DNA of 62,016 nucleotides, counting the filler. It is 4 parts of 4 records of this genome, joined end to end, with 100 filler letters (N's around TTAATTAATTAA, not from the genome) between each part and the next. Parts side by side here need not be neighbours in the genome. Positions count along the whole stretch, not along the records: positions 7,847 to 19,197 come from SRR31147125_20474; 3 more parts are not named here. One strand, given 5' to 3'. Below are positions 8,456 to 18,493 of the stretch, one piece after another; positions within the stretch are counted from its first letter, which is position 1, and the number at the start of each line of letters is the position of its first letter. A model generated the notes under the pieces. The model did not search any database. It was not told the DNA's origin and worked only from the letters and a program-made list of their open reading frames with translations. Position numbers and translations under genes: made by a program.

Positions 8456-10360
8456 GTGTCTGAAATTTGCTACAAAAAGAAATATATATTATTACTGGCA
8501 ATGATGATTTTAATAGTTTCACGTGTTTTATACGCTGATGTGCCACGCACGCTTTATGTGATGAATGGCACTGCCCGTACTCTTTCAAAGATGGATATGG
8601 AAACGGGTGCCATAGAGAACGATTTTATCACTATTGGGCAATGGCCTAATCAAATTCTGTCTTTTAATAACATGCTATATGTGGTTAATTCCGGTACAAA
8701 TGATATTATGGTAATAGACCCACAGCAGAACGAAAACGTTAAAAACATTACTTTGCCACAGGGAAGCAATCCATATTATATGGCTTTTGTTGGCAGCAAT
8801 AAAGCGTACGTGACCAATCTGGTAGCTAATTCTGTTTCTGTTGTAGATGTTGAAAATGCGTCTATCTTAAAAAATATCGAGGTCGGAATGGCTCCTCAGG
8901 GCATTCTGGTTGTTGAAAACCTGGCCTTTGTTACCAACACAGGTGGCTATCCTGCTTATTCACCTTCAACAGTTTCGATTATTGATGTTTTAAAAGACTC
9001 TGTGATTCAGACTCTGGACGTGCCTGCGAATCCTCAGGATATGGCAGTGGATCCGTATGGACGGATTCACGTTATGTGTACCGGCAATTACAATGATATC
9101 CCGGGGTGTGTAGTCGTCATTGATCGATGGGCCCCACCAACCTGGACTCCAGCTGTGGTTGATACCATCGATATTGGTGGTACACCCGGTGATATCGTGA
9201 TCACACCCTCGGGAAAAGGGTATTGTTGTTCTTATGGCATGGAGCCAAACGGACATCTTTATTTCTATGATGCACTTGCGGATACGGTTGTCCGGGGAGC
9301 AGATAATCCTTTACCGGTCGGGTTCGGTGCCATGCGTTTGTTGTATGATCAAAAAGAAAATGCATTATGGATTTCAAATCAGGGCAATGATTCAGTACAA
9401 AAATATGACATAGAAAATGAAACAGTCATGGAAACTTTTGCCTTTGGCCTGGGGGCGCAAGATATGGCTATTATTGAAACCATTGCTGATACGGATCCAT
9501 GGGCTGATCGTGTTGTTTTTAATAAAGGATTAAATAGCAATGATTTTGGACTAAACTATTTTCCTGAAAATGTTTTGGGGCCTCCGGATCCTGATCCGAA
9601 TCTAAGTGCATATAGTCCCAGTTCAAGTCCACAGGAAATATTGTCATTAGGTGAATCCGGAGAAATTGTACTGGAATTTACAAATAACAAAATTGTGGAT
9701 GGTCCTGGAGTTGATTTTACGGTATTTGAGAATCCGTTTATTTCTTATTTTGATGGATCCGTTGCAATTGAGGCAGGCATTGTTTCCGTGAGCCAGGATG
9801 GGCAGGAATGGTATACATTTCCTTATGACACGACAGATATGTCCGGATTAGCAGGAGTGACTCCCACGGCAGACAATCAGCACCCGACAGATCCGACTGT
9901 TTCCGGTGGAGATCAGTTTGATTTAGCGGATCTGGGCATCAATTGGGTCACGTTTGTTAAAATCACTGATTTGGGTGCTAATGGTTCTGACAACGGTGAT
10001 TTTGATCTGGATGCTGTTGTGGCTGTTAACAGTATGTCACTTGATCCCACCTTTGTCACTGACAATAATAATTCGATCCCCACCGGATTTGAATTATTAC
10101 AAAATTATCCAAATCCATTTAATCCCTCAACGACCATCACATTCAAGCTGGATAACCAATCCTTTGCCACTCTTAATATCTATTCCATAAATGGTGAATT
10201 GGTTAAAACGCTTGTTTCTGCATCTTTATCTCCGGGGGTACACCGTTATGAATGGAATGGAAGAAATGATAGCGGATTGCCAGTAAGTAGTGGTATGTAC
10301 CTGGCCAGATTGGAAGCACATGGCAAAAGAATCGTTAAAAAAATGAATTTGATTCGCTAG
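8456..10360 (+). CDS. YncE/BtuG-like beta-propeller + surface domain + FlgD-like/T9SS-type C-terminal domain
   Basis: Signal peptide; YVTN repeats; SLGESGEIVLEF..IVDGPGVDFTVFENPF domain; C-terminal LQNYPNPFNPSTTI..WNGRNDSG..VSSGMY. Confidence 0.8.
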   Translation: MSEICYKKKYILLLAMMILIVSRVLYADVPRTLYVMNGTARTLSKMDMETGAIENDFITIGQWPNQILSFNNMLYVVNSGTNDIMVIDPQQNENVKNITLPQGSNPYYMAFVGSNKAYVTNLVANSVSVVDVENASILKNIEVGMAPQGILVVENLAFVTNTGGYPAYSPSTVSIIDVLKDSVIQTLDVPANPQDMAVDPYGRIHVMCTGNYNDIPGCVVVIDRWAPPTWTPAVVDTIDIGGTPGDIVITPSGKGYCCSYGMEPNGHLYFYDALADTVVRGADNPLPVGFGAMRLLYDQKENALWISNQGNDSVQKYDIENETVMETFAFGLGAQDMAIIETIADTDPWADRVVFNKGLNSNDFGLNYFPENVLGPPDPDPNLSAYSPSSSPQEILSLGESGEIVLEFTNNKIVDGPGVDFTVFENPFISYFDGSVAIEAGIVSVSQDGQEWYTFPYDTTDMSGLAGVTPTADNQHPTDPTVSGGDQFDLADLGINWVTFVKITDLGANGSDNGDFDLDAVVAVNSMSLDPTFVTDNNNSIPTGFELLQNYPNPFNPSTTITFKLDNQSFATLNIYSINGELVKTLVSASLSPGVHRYEWNGRNDSGLPVSSGMYLARLEAHGKRIVKKMNLIR

Positions 10361-10388
10361 TATACAACAAAAAAGTCATTGATCCCAT

Positions 10389-10425
10389 AAAAAAGCCTGG
10401 TCGATTCAGAACCAGGCTTTTTTTT
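10389..10425. terminator. Bidirectional intrinsic terminator
   Basis: AAAAAAGCCTGGT...ACCAGGCTTTTTTTT between convergent genes. Confidence 0.85.
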
Positions 10426-10437
10426 GTGGGGATGTGT

Positions 10438-10842
10438 TTATTGTTTGTAAATCAAAGCGGCGACAATTCCATCTATTGTAATTTGAATCAACCCAAAGAT
10501 AAACCAGCCTAACGCCAGGCTAATTGGGATTGGCTGGACAGCATAAGAGCCTAAACCCATAGGCAGACTGAAAAACAGACCGATAATCAGACCAAAACGA
10601 AGCCCCTCAGTCCAGCCCTTGCCCTCGTATCCTTTAGTGAAAATATAGACCAACAGAAAGCACCAAATTAAATCTCCGATCCACATGATCCACATGAACT
10701 GACTCATCTCTTCCATAGGGCGCCAAAGATGAGCTGTGGCTTGATAGGAATCCATAAGGATGACACTGTGAATGAGATAAGACAGGATTTGATGGATAAC
10801 GAAAACAACGACACTTGCAATTAACCATTTTTTGGTATTCAT
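10438..10842 (-). CDS. Small 4-TM membrane protein (DUF1761-like)
   Basis: Four hydrophobic helices; GWTEGLRFGLIIG; GGAGG RBS. Confidence 0.7.
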   Translation of the reverse strand: MNTKKWLIASVVVFVIHQILSYLIHSVILMDSYQATAHLWRPMEEMSQFMWIMWIGDLIWCFLLVYIFTKGYEGKGWTEGLRFGLIIGLFFSLPMGLGSYAVQPIPISLALGWFIFGLIQITIDGIVAALIYKQ

Positions 10843-11324
10843 AATACCTCCATGATAAATGATTAATATGAATTATACCGCCGCACCGCTCAACCCTTGA
10901 TTTTATCCATGATATCTCCAGAATAATCACTGTCCGGAGATTGTTTATGTTTTTAGCTTGACTGGAATTTCAAAAAAACTGGTATTTTTGAGAATGCTAT
11001 AAAAGGGATTAGGAATAATTTGATAATAATTACTTTTTACAAACATCATTAATTGCGGGATTATTTCTACAAGATTTATAGCTTTATTTTTATTGCTTCA
11101 AATTTACTGTTCGCTTGATTTATTCATTTCTCTTTTTAAATGTACAACAAGAATGAGTTTTTGTTATCAAAGAATCGATTTTTAATAATATCTATCTAAA
11201 AACAATTCCTCTTGCTTTTGCGAGTAAATATGCTTAAAATTTATGTTTATTAAAAAATATTGTATGCAAAAAATATGTATTTTTTCGTGAGACTGAATAA
11301 CCATAAAAAGTATAGGAAAGTAAA

Positions 11325-11828
11325 TTGATCACACGTATAGAATTAGCTACCAAAAGGGATTACTATGATGCTGAGGGTGCCGCTGTATTGAGTGGGGCCA
11401 GGGATCTCGGGATTCACAGCATCAAGGATGTTCATGCTTTTCAGGTTTACTATTTTTTAGGTGATCTGGAACAGAAGGAAAAAGTCGTTATAGCCGAAAA
11501 TATCCTGGCAGATATAATAACCCAGGATTATGAGATTGATTCCGTTATTAATCGGGCGCAGGGAAATGGTGTTTGGTCTGTTGAAGTAACCTTTAACCGA
11601 GGTGTAACAGACATGGTAGCCCAGACCGCTTTAAAAGGAATTCAGGATTTAGGCCTGACATCTGTTTCGGAAGGAAAAACAGCTAAGCGTTTTGAGATCG
11701 TCGGTAATTTGACGGATGAGGACAAAGAACAGATTATTCAAAAGCTTTTAATGAATAAAGTGATTGAACATGTGCTGCAAGAGAACGAAAAGATCTTTTT
11801 GAAAAAATGGACGATCCATTTGAATTGA
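11325..11828 (+). CDS. purS: Tandem PurS-like domains, probably the N-terminus of a fused PurS-PurL
   Basis: DAEGAAV..LGI..ILADIITQDY and GVTDMVAQT..LGL..LLMNKVIE repeats; overlaps purL by 22 nt at a T5-G-A6 run. Confidence 0.75.
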   Translation: MITRIELATKRDYYDAEGAAVLSGARDLGIHSIKDVHAFQVYYFLGDLEQKEKVVIAENILADIITQDYEIDSVINRAQGNGVWSVEVTFNRGVTDMVAQTALKGIQDLGLTSVSEGKTAKRFEIVGNLTDEDKEQIIQKLLMNKVIEHVLQENEKIFLKKWTIHLN

Positions 11829-14188
11829 TTACAGTGCCCCTCCTAAGCGCGAATGATTCCGAGCTTGAGCATATAAGCGTTGACCGGGATCTTTTTCTCA
11901 ATCTTGAAGAGATGAAAACAATACAAAATCATTTTAAGGAACTCGATAGAGAGCCAACAGATATTGAGTTGGAAATGCTGGCACAAACATGGTCTGAGCA
12001 TTGCAGTCATAAAACGTTAACCGGATTAATTGAATTTGATGGCCAGGTGATAGACAATCTCCTCAAACAGACCATATTCCGTGTGACCAGTGAATTAGAC
12101 AAGCCCTGGTGTGTGTCTGTTTTTAAGGATAATGCCGGTATTATTGATTTTGATGATGATTATAATATTTGTTTTAAAGTGGAAACCCATAATCATCCTT
12201 CAGCCATGGAACCTTATGGTGGTGCCAATACAGGTATTGGCGGTGTTATTCGTGATCCCATGGGAACCGGTCTTGGGGCCAAGCCTATTATTAATACGGA
12301 CGTTTTTTGTTTTGGGCCAGTGGATATGGCTCATAAAGATCTACCAAAAGGTGTATTGCACCCAAAAAGAGTTATGCAGGGTGTGGTGGCCGGGGTTCGT
12401 GATTATGGTAACAGGATGGGTATTCCGACCTCTAATGGTTCGCTATTTTTTGATGAGCGATATATTGGCAATCCCCTGGTTTATTGTGGCAATGTGGGGA
12501 TTATGCCTAAAGACATGTGTGAAAAAAACGTTGTTACGGGTGATTATATTGTGGTCATTGGCGGCCGGACAGGTCGTGATGGTATTCACGGAGCGACCGC
12601 CTCATCTGGTGAGCTGCATTCGGAAAGTGAAGGCACATGGAGCGGTGCCGTACAGATTGGCAATCCGATTGTTGAAAAGAAATTGGTTGACACGCTTTTA
12701 CAGGCGCGTGACCGTGGATTATATCGAGCCATTACAGATTGTGGTGCTGGTGGGCTCTCTTCAGCAGTTGGCGAATTGGCAGAAACGACCGGTGCGCGAG
12801 TGGATTTGGAAAAGATTCCGTTAAAATATCATGGTCTGAGTTATATGGAGATATGGATCTCTGAAGCGCAGGAACGAATGGTTGTCTTTGTTCCGCTTGA
12901 AAAGATCGATGAAGCGCTTGCGTTGTTTGCCAGCGAAGATGTTGAAGCGACAGTGATAGGACAAACGACAGATGATAAAAAAATGCGACTTTATTATCGT
13001 AATAATCCTGTTGGTGAGCTGGAAATGGAATTTCTTCATGATGGCCTTCCACGTACTGTAAGAAAAGCGGAATGGCAAGCACCTCAAATAAGTGAATCCG
13101 ATTATGAACCGGAAAAAGATTTAACACCGGTGTTGCATCAGATTCTATCCGCCCCGAATGTGTGCAGTAAAGAATGGGTTATCCGACAATATGATCATGA
13201 AGTGCAGGCAGGCAGTGTGATAAAGCCTCTGGTGGGAGACAAAAATGACGGGCCCGGAGATGCCAGCGTTACCAGACCTCGACTGGATTCTTATCGATCC
13301 ATTGTATTGTCCAATGGATTGAATCCGAAATATGGCGTGATTGATCCTTATTGGATGGCTGCTTCAGCGATTGACGAGGCGATTCGTAATGTTATTGCCG
13401 TTGGTGGAAATGTAGAGAGAACGGCATTGCTGGATAATTTCTGTTGGGGTAATACAGATAAACCAGACAGGCTTGGAGGATTAATAAGGGCTTCACAGGC
13501 TTGTTATGATATGGCAAAGGTTTTTGAAACACCGTTTATTTCCGGTAAAGACAGTTTAAACAATGAATTCCAGACCGACAATGGAGAAGCTATTGCTATT
13601 CCTCCAACATTGTTAATATCTGCGATTTCCGTCATGGAGGATGCCCGAAAGGCGCTTACAATGGACCTGAAAGAGGCCGGAAATTTACTCTACATAGTCG
13701 GAACAACAAAAAATGAAATGGGTGGCTCACATTATTATGAAGCCCTTGACCTTCAGTCTTCACACGTGCCTACAGTGGACGCAGAGAGCGCAAAAAAATT
13801 GTTTGATGCTCTGTCAGACGTATCTAAACAAGGACTGGTGCGATCCTGTCATGATTGTTCGGAAGGTGGCATTGGTGTAGCATTAGCAGAGATGGCTTTT
13901 GCCGGTGGCCTGGGCGCCAGGGTATCATTAAAAGATATCGTAAAAACTGATGATGTCGTTCAGGATGATGTAGCTCTGTATTCAGAATCGAATAGTCGTT
14001 TTATTGTAGAGATACGACCGGAAAACCAGGACGCATTTGAACAGGTTATGCAATCAGTTCCATGTGCCCTTGTCGGTCACGTTGAACAAAACGATAAATT
14101 GTTGATCGCCGGATTAGGTGGTGATCTCATGATAGAAGAAAATATTTTTAAATTAAAAGAATCCTGGCTAAAAACTCTTAGGTGGTAA
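11807..14188 (+). CDS. purL: Phosphoribosylformylglycinamidine synthase PurL
   Basis: QTWSEHCSHK, KVETHNHPS, GRDGIHGA, DCGAGG, SEAQERM, SGKDSLNN, HDCSEGG. Confidence 0.95.
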   Translation: MDDPFELITVPLLSANDSELEHISVDRDLFLNLEEMKTIQNHFKELDREPTDIELEMLAQTWSEHCSHKTLTGLIEFDGQVIDNLLKQTIFRVTSELDKPWCVSVFKDNAGIIDFDDDYNICFKVETHNHPSAMEPYGGANTGIGGVIRDPMGTGLGAKPIINTDVFCFGPVDMAHKDLPKGVLHPKRVMQGVVAGVRDYGNRMGIPTSNGSLFFDERYIGNPLVYCGNVGIMPKDMCEKNVVTGDYIVVIGGRTGRDGIHGATASSGELHSESEGTWSGAVQIGNPIVEKKLVDTLLQARDRGLYRAITDCGAGGLSSAVGELAETTGARVDLEKIPLKYHGLSYMEIWISEAQERMVVFVPLEKIDEALALFASEDVEATVIGQTTDDKKMRLYYRNNPVGELEMEFLHDGLPRTVRKAEWQAPQISESDYEPEKDLTPVLHQILSAPNVCSKEWVIRQYDHEVQAGSVIKPLVGDKNDGPGDASVTRPRLDSYRSIVLSNGLNPKYGVIDPYWMAASAIDEAIRNVIAVGGNVERTALLDNFCWGNTDKPDRLGGLIRASQACYDMAKVFETPFISGKDSLNNEFQTDNGEAIAIPPTLLISAISVMEDARKALTMDLKEAGNLLYIVGTTKNEMGGSHYYEALDLQSSHVPTVDAESAKKLFDALSDVSKQGLVRSCHDCSEGGIGVALAEMAFAGGLGARVSLKDIVKTDDVVQDDVALYSESNSRFIVEIRPENQDAFEQVMQSVPCALVGHVEQNDKLLIAGLGGDLMIEENIFKLKESWLKTLRW

Positions 14189-14191
14189 AGA

Positions 14192-14968
14192 ATGGTTCCC
14201 CGAATACTAGTATTACGTTCAGCCGGCTCTAATTGTGATCAAGAAACGAAATTTGCGTTTGATTATGTTGGCGGTCAGGCTGATTTGATTCATATTAACA
14301 GATTGCTTGCGGGTGAGATAAAGCTGGATGATTATCAAATCCTGGCAATCCCTGGTGGTTTCACTTATGGTGATGATATTTCTGCCGGAAAAATACTGGC
14401 TAATGAAATGAAATATAAGCTGGCAGAATCCTTGCAAAAATTCCATAGCGATGGGAAGCTGATCATAGGAATTTGTAATGGTTTTCAAGTGTTAGTGAAA
14501 GCAGGACTGCTTCCAACAGTAGATTTAGAATCCGAACAGAAAGTAACTTTGACAGATAATAATTCTGCCAAATTTGAAGATCGATGGGTATATTTGAAAG
14601 TAAATGGAGAGACGAGTATATTCACAAAGAATATGCCCGAAAAGGTTTATTTTCCTGTGGCACATGCTGAAGGGAAATTTGTTGTTAAAGATCCATCTGT
14701 TTTGGCGGCGTTAAAACAGAATAAGCAGATTGTATTTCAGTACGTTGACCAAGATGGATATTCACCGGGATATCCTGATAATCCAAACGGGTCCGTGGAA
14801 GATATTGCCGGAATATGTGATCCGTCAGGAAGAGTGTTGGGGCTGATGCCACACCCCGAACGTCATATTGATCCGACCAACAATCCGAGATGGACAAGAG
14901 AAGGTCTGGACAAGGAAGGTCATGGTGTCGCAATTTTCCGGAATGCAGTGCAGTTTTTTCTGGATTAA
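14192..14968 (+). CDS. purQ: FGAM synthase glutaminase subunit
   Basis: PGGFTYGD, GICNGFQ, AHAEG, NPNGS, GLMPHPER. Confidence 0.95.
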   Translation: MVPRILVLRSAGSNCDQETKFAFDYVGGQADLIHINRLLAGEIKLDDYQILAIPGGFTYGDDISAGKILANEMKYKLAESLQKFHSDGKLIIGICNGFQVLVKAGLLPTVDLESEQKVTLTDNNSAKFEDRWVYLKVNGETSIFTKNMPEKVYFPVAHAEGKFVVKDPSVLAALKQNKQIVFQYVDQDGYSPGYPDNPNGSVEDIAGICDPSGRVLGLMPHPERHIDPTNNPRWTREGLDKEGHGVAIFRNAVQFFLD

Positions 14969-15037
14969 GAAAGTTTGCACTGAAGGTAAAAGCGAGTTTT
15001 ACATTTCAGAAAGAACCGGGTTTTTATGGAGGTTCTC

Positions 15038-15802
15038 ATGAATAATGATATCGGACCAATTCTTAAAAAGTGGAATTATGCTCCGAATGAAATTAACGTT
15101 CGGATTATAGATGGTGTCGATGGCAAGAAGAAATTGCAAATGCGTCTTGATCTGGGAGTGTTGCAAATGGAGTTGGATGGCCGCCCCGATGGCAAGCGGC
15201 CTCACAGTTATGACAGTTATCTTACCTTTTTTGAAAAAAAGGCAGATGATAAAAAGAATAAACCTTCAACCGGATCGTTTAATCTTTCTCCAATGGATTG
15301 TCTTAAATTACAGCAGGAGGCCATCCAGTTTTATCATCGATATCTGGCGCTTATGAAGCTGGGCGATTACGCTCGGGTGGCACGGGATACACTAAGGAAT
15401 TTACGGGTTTTCGATTTTGTGGCTAAATTTGCTGAAAATGATGAGCTTAAATGGTCTTTTGAGCAGTATCGTCCTTATGTCATCATGATGAACACAAGAG
15501 CGCTGGCTTCGCTTAGTTTGGAACAAAAAAACTATGACGAAGCCCTTTCTTCCATTAAACAGGGTATTGCAGATATAGAAAGCTATTATCATTTCAACGC
15601 GGATAAAGAACTTGGTGACGAGCAATTCGAGCTTGGTTTTTTGAAACAATGGGCAAAAGAAATTAAAGAGGAAAAACCTCTTTCAGAGTCCGAACGGCTT
15701 TCTCAGGAGCTTGAAAGAGCTATTTTTAATGAAGATTATGAGAGGGCAGCTTCATTACGAGACAGGCTTCGGTCTCTTGGCAGACTGGATAAACTTATAT
15801 AA
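15038..15802 (+). CDS. Conserved protein with C-terminal UVR (UvrB/UvrC) motif
   Basis: LQMRLDLGVLQMELDGRPDG N-domain; C-terminal LERAIFNEDYERAASLRDRL; GGAGG RBS supports the 15038 start. Confidence 0.8.
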   Translation: MNNDIGPILKKWNYAPNEINVRIIDGVDGKKKLQMRLDLGVLQMELDGRPDGKRPHSYDSYLTFFEKKADDKKNKPSTGSFNLSPMDCLKLQQEAIQFYHRYLALMKLGDYARVARDTLRNLRVFDFVAKFAENDELKWSFEQYRPYVIMMNTRALASLSLEQKNYDEALSSIKQGIADIESYYHFNADKELGDEQFELGFLKQWAKEIKEEKPLSESERLSQELERAIFNEDYERAASLRDRLRSLGRLDKLI

Positions 15803-15949
15803 CAAAAAAGAAATATGATCTTTATTCTAGGCTGGTTTAATTTGCTCCTCTCGTTGCTTCCAGGGGAACAAAATATCAAATTATAGAATCTAATATTTAT
15901 CAAATAGTTTGAAATCAAGTTCAAAGATTAAACTGGTGAGGGCATTGTT

Positions 15950-16981
15950 ATGCTTGAAAGTAAACGAGTTGCCATTTTGATGGGTCCTAAATTTCATGAT
16001 GAAGAAACGACCGTACCGCGGGATTTTTTGCATGAGCGAGGAGCTAAAGTTGATTTGATAGCGCCAGACAAGTCAACCATGTTAGGAAAATATGGCAGGG
16101 TCTCTTTGACAGCTGATAAAACAATTCAAAATGTACGTGCCCAGGATTATGATGCGCTGATTATTCCAGGGGGAGGAGCACCTGAGCAATTGCGAGTCAT
16201 CGATGCTGTGCTTGATTTTGTCAAGGATTTTCAAAAGAGCGGGAGGCCCATCGGCACCATATGTCATGGTCCCCAGGTATTGATTTCGGCAGGATTGCTG
16301 CAGGGAATCACATTGACATGTTATGTCGGAATACGGGATGATGTGCTGAACGCCGGAGCCAAGTATGTGGATAAAGAGGTTTGTGTCGACGGACAGTTTA
16401 TCAGTTCCCGTAAACCGGAAGATTTGCAGGTTTTTATGGACGCCTTTGTGAAATCACTGTCTGTTGGGTTTTTAAATGAGGATGAACAGACACTCCAGGT
16501 CCTTGACGCTTTGGCTGTTGCAATTGGTCGTGAGAAAGGTGCTCAGGAATTTTATCTGGGTGTTGCGGAGAATGTTCAAGTCGAATCGGTTAAAAATAAA
16601 TTCAAGTATTTAGCGACTGTTGAGTCAGGGCATTTTGATCAGTTGTCTGAACTATATGAAAAGGTAAGTGGCGGTAAAAAACCAAAAATAGATATCGCCA
16701 GCACGGAAATAGGCCGTCACACGGTTTTACCTGATATAAAGCCCACTGAGGCATTAGAGTTGGCAATGAATGCCGAACAAAAAGCTTATGATTTTTATCG
16801 CCATGCGGCTTTAAAAGCACAGAATAAAAAAGCGGTAGAGATGTTTGAATACCTGGCAGCAGAAGAGTTGGAACACAAGCGGTACTTATCAATAGATATG
16901 GCAACTATGGAAGGTGGGCAAGCTCACTTTCAATGGGCAACATTTTGGGATATTCCACCAGGTATGGAAGATTTTTGGTAA
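15950..16981 (+). CDS. DJ-1/PfpI-family domain fused to a rubrerythrin/ferritin-like diiron domain
   Basis: YDALIIPGG, ICHGP nucleophile; then AIGREKGAQEFY..ESGH..AMNAEQKAYDFY..EELEH. Confidence 0.88.
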   Translation: MLESKRVAILMGPKFHDEETTVPRDFLHERGAKVDLIAPDKSTMLGKYGRVSLTADKTIQNVRAQDYDALIIPGGGAPEQLRVIDAVLDFVKDFQKSGRPIGTICHGPQVLISAGLLQGITLTCYVGIRDDVLNAGAKYVDKEVCVDGQFISSRKPEDLQVFMDAFVKSLSVGFLNEDEQTLQVLDALAVAIGREKGAQEFYLGVAENVQVESVKNKFKYLATVESGHFDQLSELYEKVSGGKKPKIDIASTEIGRHTVLPDIKPTEALELAMNAEQKAYDFYRHAALKAQNKKAVEMFEYLAAEELEHKRYLSIDMATMEGGQAHFQWATFWDIPPGMEDFW

Positions 16982-17079
16982 ATCCAGGATAAAAAGTGCC
17001 TGGAAAAGTGTGGTTAATAATTTTCCGGATAATGAAAGTTGTGGTTTTTGGATGTGAAATCAATTTGAGGAGTGTTGCC

Positions 17080-18408
17080 ATGAAATGGAAAAAGTGGTTA
17101 TTTGGTATTTCTATGATTTTGATGGTAGGTCCGGCTTATTCACAATATGCAGATGGCGGGTATGGGTTCCCTGGTACTGAAGGTGGGCAATTTATGGGTG
17201 GAGTCGGATTAACTTTTATTGATGACGAGACATATTACTCTATTCAATTTCGTCCTGAATTTGCTTTTGGCAAGCTGGGTGTCGGTTTAAATGTGAATCT
17301 CTTGTATAGTACAGATACCGGTCATATACGCTCCAAGGATTGGGATACAAGAGCCGATTATTTTCGCATCATCCGTTATCTTCGTTGGGGTCGTAAATAC
17401 GATCCTGTTTATGCGCGCATAGGTACTCTGGATGCAGCGCGTTTGGGACATGGTTTTATCATGAATTTTTATACCAATGAAGCTTCCTATGATGCGCGTA
17501 AAATAGGTCTTGCCTTTGATCTGGATCTTGGCCAGATGGGTTTTGAAAGTATTGCCAGTAATCTCGGGCGTGCGGAATTGATTGGTGCGAGAGCTTATTA
17601 CCGGCCGTTATTGGGTGTTATAAGAACGCCCATTATAAAAAATATTGCTATTGGTGCCACATTCGCCCGGGATTTTGACCCGGATGTATGGAATAACAGC
17701 GATGACGGCGTTTCGGTTTATGGATTTGACGTTGAACTTCCTGTTCTTAAAACACGTATTTTAAAATCCATGTTTTACTTTGACTGGGCCCAGATAAGAG
17801 GTTACAGTTCCATAGAAGGTCAATCCAGGACCTTTGGTAGTGGTCAGGCTCTCGGATTTATGACTGATTTTGGCAATCTTGTAGGATTAATTGATTTGTC
17901 CATGAAACTGGAGAGACGATGGATGGGTGAGGAGTTTTTGCCCTCTTTCTTTGATCCTTTTTATGAAATATATCGATATCAGATACAGGGAGCAACAAAA
18001 TTACATAAAACAGATATGCTGTTGAGTCGCACTGAGGATACCAAAGGCGTATTTGGAGAGCTATATGGCGGTCTTTTGGGTAATAAAATTCGTTTATTGG
18101 GAATGTTTAGCCGTATTGATGAAGAGGTCAAGAGTGGTATTCTTCACCTGGTTGCTGACGCACCGCATGCCATCCCTGCTATTGCAGCACATGCAACCTA
18201 TGATAAAATTGGTGTAGAAACCATGACGGATGTTTTTACACTGGATAATTCGAGTGTGGCACGAGTCGGATTGGGTTACAAAATAAAACCATATTTGATT
18301 TTATATGTGGACTATATCTGGACGTTTGTTGAAACAAATCCGGGTAGCAAGGTTTACAAGCCACAGGAGCGTGTGGAGCCCAAGCTGGTGTTTTCTTATA
18401 ATTTTTAA
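17080..18408 (+). CDS. Predicted outer-membrane beta-barrel protein
   Basis: GAGGAG RBS, signal peptide, amphipathic strands, C-terminal VFSYNF. Confidence 0.7.
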   Translation: MKWKKWLFGISMILMVGPAYSQYADGGYGFPGTEGGQFMGGVGLTFIDDETYYSIQFRPEFAFGKLGVGLNVNLLYSTDTGHIRSKDWDTRADYFRIIRYLRWGRKYDPVYARIGTLDAARLGHGFIMNFYTNEASYDARKIGLAFDLDLGQMGFESIASNLGRAELIGARAYYRPLLGVIRTPIIKNIAIGATFARDFDPDVWNNSDDGVSVYGFDVELPVLKTRILKSMFYFDWAQIRGYSSIEGQSRTFGSGQALGFMTDFGNLVGLIDLSMKLERRWMGEEFLPSFFDPFYEIYRYQIQGATKLHKTDMLLSRTEDTKGVFGELYGGLLGNKIRLLGMFSRIDEEVKSGILHLVADAPHAIPAIAAHATYDKIGVETMTDVFTLDNSSVARVGLGYKIKPYLILYVDYIWTFVETNPGSKVYKPQERVEPKLVFSYNF

Positions 18409-18493
18409 GAGTGAAATACAACGTGCATTTATATGCAATGTGACTAGTTGATTTTATTTGATTTTGACGTAAGAAATCATTAGATGAGGCAAG

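Noticed and set aside
10843-11324. Purine or ZTP riboswitch ahead of purSLQ
   Set aside because: Very AT-rich spacer with no recognisable aptamer core
12111-12824. 237-aa overlapping ORF inside purL
   Set aside because: Off-frame shadow with no RBS or recognisable motif
16900-16981. Encapsulin targeting peptide on the PfpI-rubrerythrin fusion
   Set aside because: Tail lacks the L.(V/I)GSL-type motif and no encapsulin gene is in the contig
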